A stretch of DNA of 64,000 nucleotides, from positions 67,440 to 131,439 of the forward strand of contig JAYPVM010000006.1 of assembly GCA_038134595.1 (NCBI GenBank). Direction: 5' to 3'. The notes under the pieces are model-generated. The model searched no databases. It worked only from the letters and a program-made list of their open reading frames with translations, and was not told the DNA's origin. Origin of the DNA: Pseudomonadota bacterium (GTDB lineage: Bacteria; Bdellovibrionota_C; UBA2361; OMII01). The position numbers were made by a program, and so were the translations under genes. Every line of letters starts with the position of its first letter. Positions within the stretch are counted from its first letter, which is position 1. Positions 60,625 to 64,000 of the stretch are shown piece by piece.

Positions 60625-61884
60625 TTACCATCTGTCTGCTAAGGGCAGTATACTCGACAAACCCTGTTGTAGACCAGCGACTAAATACCAATCATCTGGG
60701 GTAAAATCTTGATCGGCACGCTTTATCGCTCGCATTCGTGGTGTATTGATTAACTTGTGTCCCCAATCAATAAAATCCTCTAGGAGCGTGACAAATTCAT
60801 CCGACTTACCCTTCTCGATGCTAGCGCTAACATAGTTAGACATCAAAAAACCGACCGCACCAAGGGATTCCCGCACGCTGACCCATTGATTCGAAGAGAC
60901 TCTCTCAGGCAAATCGTCCGGTAATTCTATAGATTTTGCATATCGATAAAACCGCTCCTGCAACAAATGCAAACTCCACACGGGACTTGCAAACTCATCA
61001 AACAACGCCACAAAAGGATCGAGATCTCCAGAGGGCACCGATCCCGCCATGTGAAAAAGAAACTCCTTCCACTTTTGTGCCTTTGAAACCGCTTCTATTG
61101 TCATGCTCAGGCTTTCCCGCTCCAAAAGACTAGATAGCGCCCGATCACGACTGATGAGCCATCCATCAGGGGGCATGTTAATGCAGGCCCCACTCTTTCG
61201 AGCACGATTTACTTCCTCGCGCTCTACCGCGGACAGAAGTTGATAGTACCCGTGAGACGTAACCACAACTTTAGTAGCGTCAGTCTGCAAACCATGCGCT
61301 AGAAACGGCCTGCGACTACTACAGGTTTGCCCATCATCTTCAAACAAAGATAATACCACCCTTGAAAACAAAGCGACGCAATCAGATGGGGTATCCATAA
61401 CCTGCGATACCAACGGATGCAGTGATACGGTCACCGCCCGTCCATATGAAGTTGCTAAGACAGCTTGTAACATCACCCTGGCAATGAGGCGAAGTGAAAC
61501 GTAATTCGGAACCCTTTGATCCGGAACCAGGCAACAGTACTCCTCCTTCTTCCTATCCTTACTAGCCTTTCTACTTACTTCGCCAAGTTGGATGCACTCC
61601 AGTGCGTGAGAATAAAACAGGGGAAAAGGCATCTGAGAGCAAACGATATATCCCCGCAAGCAATGAAACTTCAGTGGAAGATTAGCCTCTAAATATTTGA
61701 TGAGAACTTCGGCCACCTGCTCAGAGGATATTCTCTGAACCTTGGCGATTTCAAGCGGAGCAGAGGAGCTAAACAACCCCTTCTGAGGACTAAACATCGG
61801 CTCGAATCGACAATCATCTCCAAAAGAAAGTTTCGGAAAGCCGGCCTTAACAGCATCACACAAAACCTGATCAAGTAGAGTCAT
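60625..61884 (-). CDS. Hypothetical protein, translationally coupled to the downstream nucleotidyltransferase
   Basis: 419 aa soluble ORF whose 5' end overlaps the stop of the upstream NTase gene by 4 nt. I recognise no motif. Confidence 0.5.
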   Translation of the reverse strand: MTLLDQVLCDAVKAGFPKLSFGDDCRFEPMFSPQKGLFSSSAPLEIAKVQRISSEQVAEVLIKYLEANLPLKFHCLRGYIVCSQMPFPLFYSHALECIQLGEVSRKASKDRKKEEYCCLVPDQRVPNYVSLRLIARVMLQAVLATSYGRAVTVSLHPLVSQVMDTPSDCVALFSRVVLSLFEDDGQTCSSRRPFLAHGLQTDATKVVVTSHGYYQLLSAVEREEVNRARKSGACINMPPDGWLISRDRALSSLLERESLSMTIEAVSKAQKWKEFLFHMAGSVPSGDLDPFVALFDEFASPVWSLHLLQERFYRYAKSIELPDDLPERVSSNQWVSVRESLGAVGFLMSNYVSASIEKGKSDEFVTLLEDFIDWGHKLINTPRMRAIKRADQDFTPDDWYLVAGLQQGLSSILPLADRW

Positions 61885-63008
61885 GCCACCGCCTCACGTA
61901 GCGCTTGCTGTAGGCGTTCACGTAATACGTCAGTGCAATGAATACAGTACGCCGCCGCTATCTCCGAAACCGTTACAACATCAGCCGGAAACTTTTGAGC
62001 CTTCAGTGCCATGTCTGCTTGCCTCAGAGCACGGCGCCCCTCATGGACGGCACGCGCGACATCATCCCTCTCCAAGCGACTCAAATTAGCTAATAACAAC
62101 AATTTACTCGCTTCAAAAAAAGCGTTGGGGCCGATAAAAGACCTCAATTGCTCCAAGCGCTCTAGTGATTCGAATAGCCACGTCGTATCGTCTGAGACGA
62201 TAATAGGTAGATCACTAAACAAGCCCCGATCGGTAAACTCTTGGAGAACCTCGCATACGGAGCTCTCATCCAGAGCAACCAAAACCTCATTCCACACTCT
62301 GCGAGGTGTCAGTGTCGCCAAACATCCGCCGCGCACCGCCTCTACAAAACTAGCAAGTGTGGGCATATCAAAATGCAGCGATAGCCTTACCAAATAACGT
62401 ACTGCCCGAAACAATCTGGTAGGGTCATCCACAAAACTATTGGAATGTAATACCCGCAATACCGCTGCATTAATATCAGCAACACCCCCCGCAGGATCTA
62501 TTACGCGATGCTCCACTTGAGCGGCAGACCTATTTCCTTCTATCACCTCTTGGTACGCCGAAAGGGGCAGTGCTATCGCATTAACACTGAAATCTCGCCT
62601 CCAGAGATCCTCTTCAATCGAAGCTGGCGAAACTATCGGTAGTGCACCTGGTTTCTCGTACCGCTCAAGCCTTGCAGTCGCAATATCTAACTCGTCAATA
62701 CTTCGTCCGTCTCGAGATTTTTTCCCCGGAAAAGGCCCTCGAATTTTTGCCGTCAAAAACTGTCGGTGTTCTACGATTGTGGAACTCAAGGAGCCGGCTA
62801 ATTCTCTTGCGACCTCTAGCCCAGCGCCTTCGACGACCACATCTAAGTCGTGGTCCATCGAGCTCCGCTGCATGACTAGATCTCGAACAACACCACCCAC
62901 AACGAAAAAACGCTCATTCCGAAGGCCTTCAATCCGCAATAGATTTTCCAACACCTCCGCAAGAGATATCTCCATTACTCGCAAAGAGGCGACATCAGAA
63001 GTGTCCAC
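61881..63008 (-). CDS. tRNA nucleotidyltransferase / poly(A) polymerase-family (class II CCA-adding-type head domain)
   Basis: PolyA_pol head motif (FVVGGVVRDLVMQRSSMDHDLDVVV...RRDFSVNAIAL). At 375 aa it is shorter than full CCA enzymes with an HD domain. Confidence 0.75.
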   Translation of the reverse strand: MDTSDVASLRVMEISLAEVLENLLRIEGLRNERFFVVGGVVRDLVMQRSSMDHDLDVVVEGAGLEVARELAGSLSSTIVEHRQFLTAKIRGPFPGKKSRDGRSIDELDIATARLERYEKPGALPIVSPASIEEDLWRRDFSVNAIALPLSAYQEVIEGNRSAAQVEHRVIDPAGGVADINAAVLRVLHSNSFVDDPTRLFRAVRYLVRLSLHFDMPTLASFVEAVRGGCLATLTPRRVWNEVLVALDESSVCEVLQEFTDRGLFSDLPIIVSDDTTWLFESLERLEQLRSFIGPNAFFEASKLLLLANLSRLERDDVARAVHEGRRALRQADMALKAQKFPADVVTVSEIAAAYCIHCTDVLRERLQQALREAVA

Positions 63009-63017
63009 GCGCAGTTC

Positions 63018-63590
63018 CTATAAATCCAGGTCTGTATCGTCTAGTATTTCGTTTACGAATATCGGTACTCCCACCGACTGCTGGTCCCGGTACTTACCCG
63101 AATCATCGTATCTAACCGAGCTCGGCGTCTTAAGCTCAAACAACACCACTCGCGCGATCTTCATATTTGGATATAGCAAAATTGGGTTAGGGCCATGATT
63201 CGCAAGCTCCAAGGTAACAGGCCGGTCACTATGTCCGGGGTATACCATCATCGCCGTCTGAACAATGGTTAAACCAACCCGAGCCAACGTGCTCCGTCCT
63301 TCAATCATAAAGCCTAAAGAGCTTCCAACGGTTACATTTTCCATAGTGTGCCCGAGCAAAAACTCACCCGGCTCCAAAGAATACGGCTTATGCTTGGAAA
63401 TTATTATTGATTCATAAGGTGGTGGCGCTGACTTTGTAACATCGACTACATGACCAGATTCAGGCTTTAGCAGCTCCTTTCCCAGGTGCATCGTAATGCC
63501 TGAAGACCGCAACCACTTTTCCGAAAACGGTGAAATTCGAAGCTCCCCAGCGTCAATGACTTTCTTGATATCTTCATTTGATAACATCAT
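63018..63590 (-). CDS. dcd: dCTP deaminase
   Basis: 190 aa dUTPase-fold with Dcd motifs (GITMHLG, PGEFLLGHTMENV, GRSTLARVGL). Confidence 0.85.
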   Translation of the reverse strand: MMLSNEDIKKVIDAGELRISPFSEKWLRSSGITMHLGKELLKPESGHVVDVTKSAPPPYESIIISKHKPYSLEPGEFLLGHTMENVTVGSSLGFMIEGRSTLARVGLTIVQTAMMVYPGHSDRPVTLELANHGPNPILLYPNMKIARVVLFELKTPSSVRYDDSGKYRDQQSVGVPIFVNEILDDTDLDL

Positions 63591-63906
63591 AACAACATTC
63601 CCCTTACCTCAATTGTCGGAAAAATCCGCCCACAACCAAGCTCTCCCCTTGAAAACAATACCACAAACCCTGTCCTTGGTAGATAGCTTGACCAAATTAA
63701 GTCTCCATATTGTCCTAATACAGTCTACCATAACACATCTAATCGACTTAGCTTTTTAGACAAGCGCGGGCATTAAATTAGCATGTATCTATTGCCCGAT
63801 CCGCTCCATACAGTATAGACTTCTCACGTAAGTTATAAAGTGCCGATGTAGCTCATCGGCGACAAGGGCCGTAGAAATAAGTGCGGTAGAAATAGAGGTA
63901 ATCGCT

Positions 63907-64000
63907 ATGGACGTTAAAGAAAACGAAATAAAGGGTGGTTTCAAGTGGTTATTCTTTGCCGGCGGTGCCGCAGTGCTACTAAGCTGTTTTCTATTTTTTA
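63907..64000 (+). CDS. 5' end of an ORF running off the window (N-terminal TM)
   Basis: The ATG at 63907 gives MDVKENEIKGGFKWLFFAGGAAVLLSCFLFF, a signal/anchor-like start. Only 31 codons are visible. Confidence 0.2.
   Translation, partial: MDVKENEIKGGFKWLFFAGGAAVLLSCFLFF

Noticed and set aside
1-64000. CRISPR arrays, tRNA/rRNA genes, IS elements, integrases
   Set aside because: I scanned by eye for tandem direct repeats with regular spacers, tRNA T-loop consensus (GGTTCGAATCC-like) and transposase/integrase motifs in all long ORFs. None were found. A tRNAscan/Infernal run would be needed to be certain.

Overview
This window reads as a contiguous bacterial chromosomal segment of about 50% GC from a diderm (Gram-negative-type) organism. 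That call rests on lpxD, tatBC, a SPOR-domain protein and a lytic transglycosylase. The GC figure is an eyeball estimate only; it was not computed. I found no rRNA, tRNA, CRISPR array, IS element or integrase by eye.

The backbone is housekeeping:
- A partial dcw cluster on the minus strand (murC, murB, ftsQ, ftsA and a 3'-truncated ftsZ).
- tatB-tatC, lpxD, lysC, tsaE, gnd, lepA, dnaB, trxA, prmA, purD, purH and dcd.
- A prenylquinone block (ubiA-family, ubiE, ubiX).

Three regions stand out:
1. A complete polyprenyl-phospho-D-arabinofuranose (DPA-like) donor pathway at about 38.7-43.0 kb. It comprises a HAD-phosphatase::UbiA-family phosphoribosyltransferase fusion, divergent from a translationally coupled DprE1-like FAD oxidase and DprE2-like SDR reductase. 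This pathway is best known from the mycobacterial cell wall.
2. An operon at 24.1-17.2 kb (minus strand) with one GT-C-like (GT39/ArnT-like) membrane protein and a second multipass membrane protein of unknown function, followed by ugd and a UXS-type UDP-glucuronate decarboxylase. The GT-C protein is a candidate lipid-linked-sugar transferase that could consume the DPA-like donor.
3. Several orphan or degenerate genes: a radical-SAM/SPL-fold protein that has lost its Cys triad, an NYN nuclease next to a 677-aa orphan protein, and an L,D-transpeptidase-like lipoprotein without the catalytic Cys.

Other observations are a stand-alone nuoF next to a phosphodiester glycosidase, a MerR-like gene followed by a 52-aa DUF5989/SxtK-like micro-ORF absent from the ORF track, an orphan intrinsic terminator between tatC and lpxD, and two kinase-less Ser/Thr phosphatases (PPP and membrane-anchored PP2C).

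All calls come from reading the translations and sequence by eye. No database search was run.
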